In this document: positions 13,586-26,986 of the stretch, piece after piece
How the letters are laid out: the number at the start of each line of letters is the position of its first letter
How positions within the stretch are numbered: the stretch's first letter is position 1
Origin: Octopus sinensis
Taxonomy: Eukaryota
Direction of reading: 5' to 3'
Assembly: GCF_006345805.1 (NCBI RefSeq)
Contig: NC_043008.1
Coordinates: 32,612,001 to 32,676,000 of the forward strand
DNA: 64,000 bases
Notes under the pieces: generated by a model
The model's input: the letters and a program-made list of their open reading frames with translations, nothing else
Databases searched by the model: none
What the model was told of the DNA's origin: nothing
Made by a program: the position numbers and the translations under genes

Positions 13586-16290
13586 ATTCCAGTTTCTTTC
13601 AGTCTCTTAGGCAGCATTTTGGGCGTTGTGCTAAGTGCACCAATTACTACAGAAATTACTGTTGCCTTGGTCTTCCACAATTTCCTCAGCTCTCTGGCTG
13701 GATACGGATATTTCTCAAGTTTTCACTATCTTTCGTCTTGACGCTGCTATCACTGGGAATTGCAAAATCTATGATCTTCTACTATTTGTATATTTTGTCC
13801 TCTATAATCATGTCTTATCTTTTTACTTCAAAAGTATGGTCAGTTTTTATGGCGAAGTCTGTCAACATCTTGTAATTCTCATTTCCTATCACAGCCTCTC
13901 GTTCATGTTTATGACACTTTTCAGTTGTTTAAAGCCACACACTCGATTAGCACCCCAATGCACTCTTTTGTCTACACAGTCATGTCTGCGCTAATACACC
14001 TTTTGTGCTAGTTAACTGCACCCACTCAAAATATTATTAATACTCTCGCCTCTTTTCTTGCAGATTCTACATTTGTTGTCTGAATAACTTTTGTCGATCT
14101 ATGTCTTTATCAGATTTATTCTAAGAGCTTGTTCCTGAGCGGCTATAATTAACATTTCTGTCTCTCATTTCAAGTTCCTGTCCGTTAACCAAAGCCAGCA
14201 ATCTTCACTTTCAACACTCTCAGTATGTTGCATGAATTAACCATGAAATTGCATTTCTTTCCACTTGTTTATTCTGCTGTTCTTCATTTCCTCTTTGAAT
14301 TCTCATACAGTTCCAGTCATTTTTGGTTATATCTGAGTGCCAAAAGTTTTCTTTCTCCACTCAGCACAACGTAATTTTTCAGACCCAGTATCACAGTACT
14401 AAAAGTGTCTTCTGCGTTTAGTAATCCTCTGTCACCTTCCTTTCAAAGTAGATTGAGTCGATCGGTATTACTTTTAGGATGGAATGAGTTGTACATTGTG
14501 AGCAGCTTTGTAGTTCTTCTATCCATGTTCTGTAGCTCGATCTTTGTCCATTTCAGAAAGGAGCAGAGTAACTCAATACTGGCATAATCCATGTATTTAT
14601 GGCTTCAATGATGTTCCCTCCATTTAATTTTATTTCCGGCAGTTTCCTTATTCTACTTTTGTACTCTTTGGTGACTTTCTCATTTCTCCTTCCACTAACT
14701 TATCGTCTTGCAGCACTCCTAGGTATTTGTATCCCCCATTATTCTGCTGCGATCTAATAATTTTACCTTGTAATTTTATGCCATCAGAATCTACCATCCG
14801 GCTTCTCTTAATATTTAGTACTCCACTCTTATCTACCCCAAACTACATTCCAAAGTCTTCACTGAATACTCTCAGGGTCTGGATCAGAGAATGCAGACCT
14901 CAATTGTTCTTATATATCTTCGGGTCTCCATTTAAAGTAGGTGATTTATTCTCGCCCTGGGCTTGGTAAATTCATAGGCGGCCTAGAGTTTTTATTACGC
15001 TTTTCAGAGGGATTACCGCAATGACGAAGAGTAACGGAAAGAGCGAGTCTTCTTGGAAAATGTCTCTACGTATTTTCTCGTATTTTCATTTCTCTGATGT
15101 TTTTCTACCTTTCCTCAGAATCAGTGTTAGTGGTATCAAGCACAGTACAAAGATCAGTGGGGGAAGGAAGTCCTCTTGGAAGATGCCCCTCCTAATTTCT
15201 ACTGTCCCTAAACTTCTTCCGTATGCTATCTGGTCCGTCCTCTAATTCGCCATACTTTTTCCAAGCAATCACTCAACTTTCGATGCAATCCCAAATAGGT
15301 TCATGCACTCCATAATCCAAGAATGTGGGATCATATCGTACGCCTTACGATAGTCGATCTATGACATATCTAAGTTAATTTTCCTCCTCTTGCTGTCTCT
15401 GAGTAAAGTTTTGTCTATCAGGAGTTGATCCTTGGTGCCTCTGCACTTACGCTTGCAATCCTTCTGCCCATGTGGCAGGACTCCATTTTTTTTTCCAGAT
15501 GTTCGTACATTGACTCTGTGAGTATTCTAGTCAATAACTTCCACATAAGTGGTAAACAGAATATCGGCCTGTAATTGTCTACCGTATTACCTTTTTTGAT
15601 GTTTTTCAGCCATGCTTGTAGTTGAGTGCTGATGCTTCCAAGTGTACCAAGTACTATTGGTATCACGTCTACTCTCTTCATTGACCACAACTTTCGTATT
15701 TGCCACTTTAACTCGTCGCAGTTGTATATTTTTTCTTCTTCTTTCACATTGATCCTGTTGTCACCGAGGCATGGTATGTTGATTATCATACATGTTCTTT
15801 CTCTTTTATTCACCACAACAATGTCCAGTTTCCAAGTCTGGTCGAGTGATCGCACTGGATCATTACATCCTACAGGATTTTGCAGTTCTCATTTTCGGTA
15901 ACCCATCCTGGGATTTGTTCATACCACATCTTTGCTTTTTGTAGGCTGTGATTTTCACAGAGCTCCCAATGGATCATTCTTGCAACATTGTTATGGCGTC
16001 TTTTGTATTCGCCTTATGCCAATTTCGAGCATTCGCTAACGATGTGCCATACCGTTTCACCCCTATCACCACACATTCTGCATTTGTTGCTATCGGAAGT
16101 GTTGTCTATTTTGCTCTTCATATAGTCGGTCCTTATCGTTTGTTCGTGAGCTGCGCATATGAGTATTTCAGGTCACTCCTCCTCATCCATTGCCATCGGT
16201 CCTCTGTATCTGTCTTGGCGTTCCCATATCTTGCAAACTGACCGTACATTTTCTCATTCCAATGCTTTTCTGCTCTTTCTTTAACTTTTA
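13584..16290 (-). mobile_element. Cluster of degraded R4/Dong-type LINE fragments
   Basis: REL-region motifs (VVIGALS near 13640; [19 protein letters not shown]...PIVLGTLG at 15620-15850). RT-region [16 protein letters not shown] and IDYRKAYDMIPHSWI at 15320-15590. 15110-15270 closely matches 13260-13420. Confidence 0.8.
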
Positions 16291-17709
16291 GGTTTTGTCT
16301 ATATTGGATGAGAAAATATTTTGTAGTGGCCATTACTTCGTCGTGAATCTAAATAAATCGATCTCCCAGTAAATCGAAGTGATGAAATGGTTTAATCTTT
16401 GGACCAAAATAGTTTCATATCACCCGCTTTATTATCACCATCATTAACATCAACAACAACAACAAACAAACAACTACAGCAACAACTTCAACAACTGGGT
16501 CTTGGATGATGTACACTCTGTTGCAAATATTCAGGTGACATCTTCGAACTGAAAATGACTTCTCTATTTGTTCGACTAGTTTGAGAGAAGTGTAGGAAAC
16601 ACACTAAGGATGATTACCTAGGGATCGAAACCCCGGACTTCTCGTTTGATTCTATTGTTCTCGGAATGATCACTTAAAATATACTTGTTTAGCCACCATC
16701 TTAGGTGAGATAAATTCTAATATAGATAAACCCATTCAGGTCTAATTTCAGCAACCTGGTTCGAATTCAACACAAGTATATATGCGCAATACTTGTAAAA
16801 CAAACAAGAAAAAAATGTTGTTTTCCTTCTGTCGCTTATAGAAGGTTTTCTTCCGTCATCATGGAAGTCGAAGATTTAGTTTTCGTGCGCGTGCATACTC
16901 ACTAACAACTTTCTCTCGCGCAATCCTTGCACTATTCATTCTTATCTTTTTCCACACAGAGTTTGTGGCAGACTAATACAAACACTAGACAATAGATTCG
17001 CAATCAGAATTGACTATCAACTATACAAAAATAAAAAAAAAAACATTTGCGTTTACTTGCAAACGCCGCAGTTGTGTAACTACGTAACGATTGGATAAAA
17101 TCTGCAAATCCAATCATTTCAATACATCCACACGTAGCGTTCTCTTGCTCATCACATTCTTTAACCTGTCAGTTCTCCAACTGAATACATCCCTAATTTG
17201 CTCTCACGCATAACGTCTTACGTCTTACTCGGTAAATATTGAGTTCTGCCCTCTGACAAGATCTTGGTAAGCAAAACCGGGACATTGTCACAAATGTCCT
17301 GAATTTTCCCTTTATTTGTAAAATATTTGGTTGTCATCGAGGGGAAAATTTTGACCTCCATAATACCGGAGGGATCACATATCTGTCTAACAAACTCTCT
17401 GAAATGCAAGTTAAACGAAGAACTCCTGTTGTGTAGTGAGCCTTACTTATATATCTATCTACCTGTTCATTGTAACCAGGACTTTAAATTTCGCCTCATG
17501 GCTTATTCATCAATTCAACAGGATTATATTTAAAAAGTCATCAAGCGAAAGTTTAAATGCTATCAACTCGGGTCTACTCAATTACTGAGTGCCCCTGCAA
17601 TAAATTTTACCGTAAACTTGTGAGAATTTATATTAGACCAAATGTAATAAGGCTTTCCAAAATTTTAATAATTTTTAAAAAATCTTCTGATGTATGCTGC
17701 AATACATAG

Positions 17710-17768
<59 letters not shown>

Positions 17769-17863
17769 TACATACATACATACATACATACATACATACA
17801 TACATACATACATACATACATACATACATACATACATACATGCATGCATACATATATACATAT

Positions 17864-18030
17864 AGGTGTAGGCGTGGTAGTGTGGTAAGAAGCTTGCTCC
17901 CAACCACATGGTTCCAGATTCAGTCTCAATGCGTGGCACCTTGGGCAGGTGTATTCTACAATAGCCTCGGGCCGCCAGAAGCCTTGCGAGTGGATTTGGC
18001 AGACGGAAACTGAAAGCAGTACGTCCTATA
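17864..18030 (+). mobile_element. CORE-like SINE (family B), 5' half
   Basis: GGCGTGGTAGTGTGGTAAGAAGCTTGC...GGCACCTTGGGCAGGTG...GACGGAAACTGAAAG, followed by (TA)n. Confidence 0.8.
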
Positions 18031-18038
18031 TATACATG

Positions 18039-18099
<61 letters not shown>

Positions 18100-18100
18100 G

Positions 18101-18175
<75 letters not shown>

Positions 18176-18220
18176 GGTCCCGGGTTGAGTCGGGGTTAAC
18201 CACAGTAAATAAGGTACTCA

Positions 18221-18255
<35 letters not shown>

Positions 18256-18271
18256 ATAATATATATATATT

Positions 18272-18335
<64 letters not shown>

Positions 18336-18395
18336 ACCCTTTGTTTGTCACCTCTATGTTTAGCCCCCTGTAGATAATAAGGAAATATATGTATG

Positions 18396-18440
<45 letters not shown>

Positions 18441-18860
18441 TATATATATGCGTGTGTGTGTGTGTTTGTTTGTACGTATGTATTTATGTATGTGTATATG
18501 TACATGCATGTGTTTTTTTGTGTCTGTTTTTGTTCGACTAAAACTCTTCAAGGCGTATATTTATAATTATGTTTATATTTTAGAGAGGTGAAAGGAAATT
18601 TCGAATGCAATACAGCTGTGAAAACAGCAGAAAAAGATTGGGCATTTTTACCCCTTGAGAATAAAACAAGTGTTGCTCACGGATTTAGATTATCTTACGA
18701 AGCATCGAATGAAGTTCCAGTTCAAAACCTCTTGAATTGTGCCTTGGCAGGAAAGTTTAAGCTCTTGAGAACTAGTGAAGTATGGTGCTCCAGCATGACC
18801 AGAATCCAATGATTGAAACTAGTAAAGGGATAAAGGGATATATATATATGTGTGTGTGTG

Positions 18861-19000
18861 CACTAGCGAAGCTAGGAGAGCGGTTGGGCGGTCCGTCCCG
18901 GGGGGTCTGCTGTAGGCTGTAGGCAATATGTTTCTTGTGGGGTCCAGGGGCGGCAAACGGAAGGTCGCCCCGGACGGCATACATTTTAGCTACGATAGTG
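18861..19000. mobile_element. Short GC-rich MITE inserted in (GT)n
   Basis: TIRs CACTAGCGAAGCTA and TAGCTACGATAGTG, with (TG)n on both sides. Confidence 0.6.
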
Positions 19001-20319
19001 TGCGTGTGTGTGTGTGTGTGTGTGTGCGTGTGCGTGTATGTGTGTGTGTGTATGTGTGTGTGTGTGTGTGTGTGTGTTTGTGTGTGTGTGTGAGTGATAC
19101 CAGTTTGCAAATACTTGCTGATATCACCTTCACAGACACTTTGAAGTCTCGATGTAGGCCGTCCAAGCTACATCTATTAACCAATGAAAACTGAGCGAGA
19201 TAACACATCCATAAATTTGAGATGCGAATTAAATTGACGTATGAAAAGTGTATATAATAAATTTCATTATATCATATTTTTTTGTATAATTGCCCAATTT
19301 ACATCTATCTTATTTGTTTTTAAGTCAGCCTGGAATGCCAGTAAATCCGCCCCTCTCCACCCCGTAGCCTTTTTATCATAAAAAAATATTTCTACGGCGA
19401 TAAGAATGAAAGACAGATTATGTTAGGAATATACACAGTAAAATATAAACTTTTCAGTCAGTGCCATATTTACCTATAAGCTCAACGGGTTTAAGATTTG
19501 GGCTTCAAAATCAAGGTGGCTTCCGGTTAATTTGTATAATATTTCTTAGTGTAGAAGGCATGTTGGGAATGGCTTCAAAAGTGGAATAGACTTGAGCCTC
19601 TCTTCATCTAAATCTGGCAATGATTGTAATTTAAACAATTACAGCGCAGAAGACATATTAGCAATTTAAAAAGATAAAAACTGTTGACTTCAGTTAAATA
19701 TTTATTATTTGGTGTCAAAGTTTGAGTCGCAACAATTTGCAATCCGGTCATTGACTCGACACCAAATAATGAATTTTTAAACACAGCTAACAGTTTTTTA
19801 TGAGTTTCTGAATGGCTAATGTGTATCTTCCACGCAGCAATTGGTTTACTTTAACACACGGTCACAGATCGCATTACTTGCCAGGCAAGTACACTTCCGA
19901 AATTTCAGTCAAGGCACCTAAAAAAAATAATAACTTCCAACAGTTTATTTCGAAAATTGGCAATGGTTTAGTTTGAAATTTCAAACTTTCGGTAGTTTTA
20001 TAGTTACCAACACTAGAGTTGCTGGCAGTAGATTCCAGTGCAACTAACATTAGCGTTGCTCTGTTACAGAATTAATCCTACTCCATCCTATCTCAGTTCT
20101 AATTCAGATTGATTAATTCCAGCTTCAAAAGATATGTTTCTCCTCAAAAGACTTTTTTCAGCTGGATGAATAAAATGTTTAGTTTTTTGCATGGAACATG
20201 CACATAGAAATTCATACATTTATACTGTGATAGAGAAAAAGGAGAAGACAGAGAGAAAAAGGAAATAAATTTTAAAAATGGAAAAATAAACAAATAAAAT
20301 AAAAGGGAGAAAAGGAAAG

Positions 20320-20935
20320 AAAATGTACAGTGACAATGTTGTAATCAATATGTATGACGCACCAGTTAAGACAATCTTTTGCACTTCCTGCATGGACAGT
20401 AAGCCAGGGATCATTCTTAAATAATTTTCAGTTTCTCTTTTGACCATTCCAAGTGCTCCTACAATCACATCTTTTCGTTTTCGATTAGTTATCAAATTTT
20501 TTGCAAAGATATTATGGTCAGAGAGTATGCTGATGTCAATCAACAAACAAACTTTATTGCTTTTGTTTTTCACAGCAATATCTGGTTTATTTGCCTCAAT
20601 GGTCCAGTCTGTACATTCTGGGAAATGAATAGTTACATTTTATCCCTCAGTTACAGCCTCACGGTGGTGCTTGTACCATTTGTTAGCAGTTTTGATTTTA
20701 TAATGCCGACATGTTACTCAATGTAGATATTGGTCAACTCTATCATATCTTGATTTGTATTCTACAGGTGCTAAAACCTTACATCCAGAGATGGTCGACT
20801 GTCTGTATTCCATTGTTGCAGTATCATCAATTTTGGTCTACACCATTTTCATCACATTGGCTTAATAATTCCAGATCCTCCTCCTCCTCCTCCTCCTCCT
20901 CATCATCATCATCATCATCATCGTCATCGTCATCG

Positions 20936-20983
<48 letters not shown>

Positions 20984-22110
20984 CCATCATCATTATGAAG
21001 TGTGGAAACAGCGCATGCCATCAAGGTGACTCTGGAGTACAAATATACGAAGCCCAGTATACCCATCATTATCTTGGGGAGCCAAGATAAAGCCTTCACT
21101 CTCTAACTTTAGCCATGAGCTCTCTATCCACTGATGGGTGTGCTTCTGGTCTTCATCAGCTTGTTTGCCACGGGCCACATATTTGCCATGCAGAGGTTTT
21201 CGTTCCCACCTATCAGCCAATTGTTCAAATGCATTTTGCTTTGCTATTAATTTGGAACTACAGTTGCTGCACTTCTATCATGCTTTTCAACGTGGGTATT
21301 ATGCATAAACATACATGAAATATTTTTTTGCCCTCCTTCATAACAGAATGAAGCTTCTTATGTCTTTCATGGTTTTCAATGAGCATGCATCCAGTCGTTA
21401 GATGTTTCAAGATATTTTGCCAATCCAATTGTGATGGTTTTGTTGGAGATTTCAAATAGGATCAAGCCTCGAACTCTTTGAGCTCTGAGTATGTAAAGAC
21501 GATCTGCGTCTGCCTTTGGGCGGTGCATCTTATTGCAAGTCAGTAGCTTACGGATTTTCCTGCCAATCTTCCTTATTTAATTCATATTCCAATTTAACTC
21601 ATTGAAACTGTAAATAACAACAGGAACGGCTAAGGAGTGTATTGCTAACACCTTGTTACGAGCATTTAACTTGTATTTTAGGACTGCTCGAACTCTCCTG
21701 TAACACTCCTTCCTGATCTTCTCTTTCGTACTTGCATGTTGAATGCCAAAGCCCTCACTTATTCCGAAGTATTTGTTTGTTCCTGCTTGAGTTCTTTTAT
21801 GATTGTGTCAACATCCAACACCACATTCTGGAAAGTCGCCTTGGCACATTTATCAAGACCAAATTCCATCCCAATGTCATCACTGAATGATTTCACAGTA
21901 CGTAGTAGCCTTCAAGCCCATTGCTATCTCTACCATAGAGTTTTAAGTCATCCATATAAAATAGATGACAAATTTTCTTGTCTCCAATTTTCTATCCATA
22001 CCTTGTTCTGTTGAGTTTACTTGTAAGAAGTATTAAGGCTATGCAGAAAATTAAAGGTGAAAGTGGGCCACCTTGGAAAATGCCGCAGTTGAGATAAATA
22101 TTTTTTGTAG
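20320..22110 (-). mobile_element. Degraded R4/Dong-type LINE (RT to REL), interrupted at ~20875-21070
   Basis: LYMDDLK near 21950; WERKPLHGKY...LKLESEGFILAPQD; VCLLIDISI...VIVGALGMV...VQKIVLTG. The 5' break abuts (TTA)n. Confidence 0.8.
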
Positions 22111-22112
22111 TC

Positions 22113-22149
<37 letters not shown>

Positions 22150-22172
22150 TATTATTATTATTATTATTATTA

Positions 22173-22275
22173 TTGGAAGTTGATCTGGACCTTTATTCGA
22201 AGGCAATCACTGGTGACGAAAGCTGGTGCTACGGAATTTGCAGATGCTGAAGAGGTGAAGAAAAAAAGATGGAGG
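22173..22275 (+). mobile_element. Fragment of the internally deleted mariner, fused to a reverse-oriented family-B SINE 3' part (22276-22410)
   Basis: Near-identical to 23638-23742, including the TGDESWCYG region and the deletion junction. Confidence 0.75.
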
Positions 22276-23051
22276 AGAGCAAATCGACACCAAGACTTAT
22301 TCTTTGTAAGCCTAGTACTTATTCTATCGGTCGCTTTTGCCGAACCGCTAAGGGGACGTAAACACATAAGCATCGGTTGTCAAGCGACGTTGGGTGGACA
22401 AACACAGACGTATGTATGTATGTATGTATGTATGTATGTATGTATGTATGTATGTATGTATGTATGTATGTATGTATGTATGTATGTACGGTTGGATAGA
22501 TGGATGCATGCATAATATTTTCTGAGTCGTATTTTCTTTTTGTTTTCGCTTTTATCTTTACAGTCTTTTATTTTTGTTACGAGAGCATTTCGAGGGATTA
22601 TTTTCCTTGTTTGCGTTTGTTCTTTTTATTGCTTACAATCAAGAAGTGTGTTATGGTTATCCTTAAGCAATTAAGATGAGAGTATTTTAAATTTTCTGTA
22701 ACAAATATAACAAAAAATCTGACACAAAATTCGCTCGTCGTTAGAGACAGCTACAATAAAATCCAAAATATGAACAACAGCAACAACAAATTCTTATCGG
22801 AAATAAATATCAAAAGAACAATAGTACGTATGACAGAAGACACGACATAATTCACATTTATTTTACTTCACAGAAGAGTCTCTCAAGATCGATTAAAATT
22901 GAAAGCAAACAAGCAGGCCATTTCAGGAAAATGACATATCCGGCAAAAATAATAAATAAAATTTTTTATATCTCCGCTAAGAATTACATGTCAAAATATA
23001 GGCTATTTTTATCACACAAATGAAATCGTCGTTGTAAACTCGAGGAAAATA

Positions 23052-23907
23052 TGAGGAGTACCCAAAAGTGACAGGAAACGTTCTCTGTAGTTCAGGCTTC
23101 CGCTGCTAGAAGCCACTTGGTGCGACCCTCAGGCATTAGTCTACCGAACAGCGGCGTCAAGTGGAGTCGGACCGCCACGTGGTGCGTTTTTGTTCGTCGA
23201 TTTTTGCAATAGCTGATGCGAAGAGACAGCCTGCTTCCGTGAAAGTCTGTATTCTGCTAGAGGAAATGGCGGCTGAAACAGATGTCATGCTTCAAGCAAC
23301 TTACAAGTATGCTGCCATGAGCAAAACACAAGTTTACGAGTGGTTTTTACGCTTTAGGAATAGTCATTTGTCGCTTGAAGACCAACATCGTTCATGACGA
23401 ACGTCGACTTCCCGAACGAATGAAAACATCATGACAATTCATGAACTGAATTTGGAGGGCGGTCATCGAACAATTGACGAACTTGTTGATATGACTGGTG
23501 TGTCCTGGAGCTCCTGCCAACGAATTTTGATCGAAGAATTGCGAATGAAAAGAGTTGCAGAAAAAACAGTGCCGCGCTTGCTCACGGAATATCAAAAGCA
23601 GTCATGACTGAATGCGTGTCGTGAACTGAAATAACAGTTGGAAGTTGATCTGGACCTTTATTCGAAGGCCATCACTGGTGACGAAAGCTGGTGCTACGGA
23701 ATTTACAGATATAGAAGATGTGAAGAAAAATAACGATGGAGGCGTTAAAAGGCTTCACATCGCAAGAGTTCCAGCACTGCTTCGAATAGTGGAAAAGGCG
23801 CCTGGACCGATGCATTGCTTCAAATGGAGAATACTCTGAAGGCGATAAAAGTGTAAACATATAAATAAAATATCGCAAAATTCCGGTTTCTTTTGGGTAG
23901 CCCCACG
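23052..23907 (+). mobile_element. Internally deleted mariner transposon (pseudo-transposase)
   Basis: TA-flanked TIRs TGAGGAGTACCCAAAAG and CTTTTGGGTAGCCCCACG. Translates as AMSKTQVYEWFLRFRNSHLSLEDQHRS...VPRLLT...ITGDESWCYG, then jumps to C-terminal WKRRLDRCIASNGEYSEGD. Confidence 0.9.
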
Positions 23908-23985
23908 TATACGCATAAATACATACATATACTTTAATATATATGTATATACGTGTATATACACATATCTCTCAATCTATCTATA

Positions 23986-24124
<139 letters not shown>

Positions 24125-24559
24125 GTATGTATGTGTTTGTGTGTGTGTGCACCTACACATCTGTCTAATGATATAATCAATTTATCATCCAGTTATGTAA
24201 GATCCTAATTTTACCCTACGACATATTACCAAAGTAACAGTGACTTGACATTACACAGGAAACTGGATTGAAGAAACCAAGGAAGAAAAAGAAAGACTTC
24301 GCAGCTCTTGTTGAAATAAGATTTACAGTTATGAAACCTGATGTTTATCAAGCACTCGTGAGTAATCAATTTCGTATCAATAAGGCGGACACTTCAACAG
24401 CACTTCAACAGCACTGTAGGGTTGTATAAAATATCAATAAGTTGACGCCGCGGTCCAGGTTCCATACTTCCTTGTATCGTTGTTGTCGTCGTCGTCGTCG
24501 TCGTCGTAGTAGTAGTAGTAGTGTAGTAGCAGCAGCAGCAGCAGTAGTAGTAGCAGCAG

Positions 24560-24629
<70 letters not shown>

Positions 24630-24677
24630 TTAATATAGATCAACTCAAAAGTCATTTCAATATTAACCATATCGTAA

Positions 24678-25260
24678 GCGACGAGCTGGCAGAATTGTTA
24701 GCACGCCGGGTGAGACGCTTTGCGGTATTTCGTCCGTCTTCGCGTTCTGAGTTCAAATTCCACCGAGTTCGACTTTGCCTTTCATCCTTTCGGGGCTCAA
24801 TAAAATAAGTACCTGCTGAACTCTAGAGGTCGATGTAATCGACTTACTTCTCCCTTGAAATTACTTGCCTTGTGCCAAAATTTGAAATCAATATTAATCA
24901 TATCATTACCGCACCGGGCAAAAGGCTTAGCGGCACTTCATCCGTTTTTAGGTTTCTAGTTCAAATTCTGCCGAAGTCGATATTACCTGTCATCATTTCG
25001 CGGTCGAGAAAACGAATACAACCCAAGCACTGGGGTTGAAGTAATCGACTTATCTCCACCGACGAAATTGCTGGCCTAGTACCATAACTTGAAATCAATA
25101 TTAATTATATTGTATATTCTGAGTTCAAACGCTGCCCAATCGACTTTGCCTTTCGTCCTTTCGGTGTTAATAAAATTAGTACTAGTTGACTACTGTGGTC
25201 GACGAAATCGACATCCAGCTGCCCTCAAAAAATTACGAGGCTCATGCCAAATTGAGGAAG
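24678..25260 (+). mobile_element. Three tandem family-A SINE copies
   Basis: Repeated TTCTGAGTTCAAATTC...GACTTTGCCTTTCATCCTTTCGG...GTAATCGACTT cores at ~24680, ~24910 and ~25115. Confidence 0.8.
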
Positions 25261-25592
25261 AAATATTAACCGTGTACTTTATTCTGACAAGGTGTATCAA
25301 AAACTCCATTATTCAAGCCGTTCTCCTATTTTCTATTGAAGTCTCGAGTCAACCATGGAGGTAGGGAGGGTTAAATAGGCCTTTTATCAAAGACATTTGA
25401 ACCATGAATACTCCGTCTTTTTTGAAAACATTATTCAATGGATTCCTATGCTTTAATTGATTTGGCTTGATTTGAAGGTGATTTTGTCGTTAGTCTTAGC
25501 AGGTTGAGCGATCACGCAGTAGCTGCCTTATTACCCCTTATTCTGTTTTACTCTTTGTTCTTTGCACACTAAAGATAGTAATAATAATAATG

Positions 25593-25662
<70 letters not shown>

Positions 25663-25664
<2 letters not shown>

Positions 25665-26218
25665 GCCCTGATGCAGTACCAGGCAGTGGCTCTCATGGCT
25701 TCTGATCTTAACTGATTGGAAGTGTTATCATGTACATTGTTTTGTCTTGGTATAAAAGATGGGCTACAGCAAATATTCTGCTCAATACCACAGATTTGCT
25801 TGTCAGTTGTTTGACCTTAACCAGTTGAGCATGTCCCTTAGTGGCTGACGATATGTGCATCTCTGATCACGAGCAGAAGTAGTGGTGGAGCATCATAGCC
25901 ATGTGTTGAGAGGGATTCTTTGGGGTTTGAATAGTTCACCTCTGGAAACATGGGTGGTTCTTTCAACATCCTTAAACAACCATTATTCAGGGACCGTTTG
26001 AGCGGGATGGGTTACTCAACCTGAAGAAAATTCTAACTGGGCCCCACCTGCAAGGTCATGTGCTGTTTATCTTGATATGAGATCACCATGTCGCGTACAT
26101 ATGGTTGTGATGCATGTGCCTGGTGTACCTTTATCAGACGGGTAGTCATGATGGGTATATTGGGCTTCGTATATTTTACCCCAGTGTCACTTTGTTGGCA
26201 TGAACTGCTCTCTCACTC
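25663..26218 (+). mobile_element. 556-bp non-coding interspersed element flanked on both sides by (TAA)n
   Basis: Sharp boundaries inside (TAA)n. Its last ~75 bp recur in reverse orientation at 20997-21069 with a (TGA)n tail. Confidence 0.65.
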
Positions 26219-26233
26219 AATAATAATAATAAC

Positions 26234-26310
<77 letters not shown>

Positions 26311-26395
26311 TAATAATAATGATGATGATAATGATGATGATGATAATGATGATGATGATGATGATAATAATAATAGTAATAACAACAACAACAAC

Positions 26396-26454
<59 letters not shown>

Positions 26455-26472
26455 TAATAATAATAATGATAA

Positions 26473-26742
26473 TAGCTAGGGTTTTGAGATTGGTACTTGG
26501 ATGTTGAATGTCTTCCACGGTAATTATCAATCATCAAAGCGTATAATGCACGAAAAGACACCCTGCGAGACCTCTGGCAACAGGTTGCTGTCCGCTCTCA
26601 CAGAATCAACTAGAAGAACGAGCGCTCTGAGAAGTAAAACAACAACAACAACAACAATAATAATAATAATAATTAATTCTTTTATTATAATTAATTCTTT
26701 TATAATAATGATAATAATAATGATAATAATAATGACGATAAC

Positions 26743-26799
<57 letters not shown>

Positions 26800-26950
26800 T
26801 CCAAAAGTCGGCATTACTTGGAACTGCACACATATTGCATAACAATACTGTCCATCTGACATCCTTGTTGTGACTTGACAAACAGTGCAAACCCCCAGTG
26901 GACACAATATCTTCAATCAACAACCTCGCGATATTGTATACTGTTCGACG
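26473..26950 (+). mobile_element. Two very short 5'-truncated R4/Dong-type LINE 3' ends within (TAA)n
   Basis: 26473-26640 reads ARVLRLVLGC* plus a 3' UTR. 26799-26950 reads FQKSALLGTAHIL, the conserved C-terminus also seen at 27084-27140. Confidence 0.65.
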
Positions 26951-26986
26951 ACTATGATTATTATTATTATTATAATTATTATTATT

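Noticed and set aside
18588-18812. 74-aa ORF after an AG acceptor-like site
   Set aside because: No convincing donor, it runs into a SINE tail and shows no recognisable homology.
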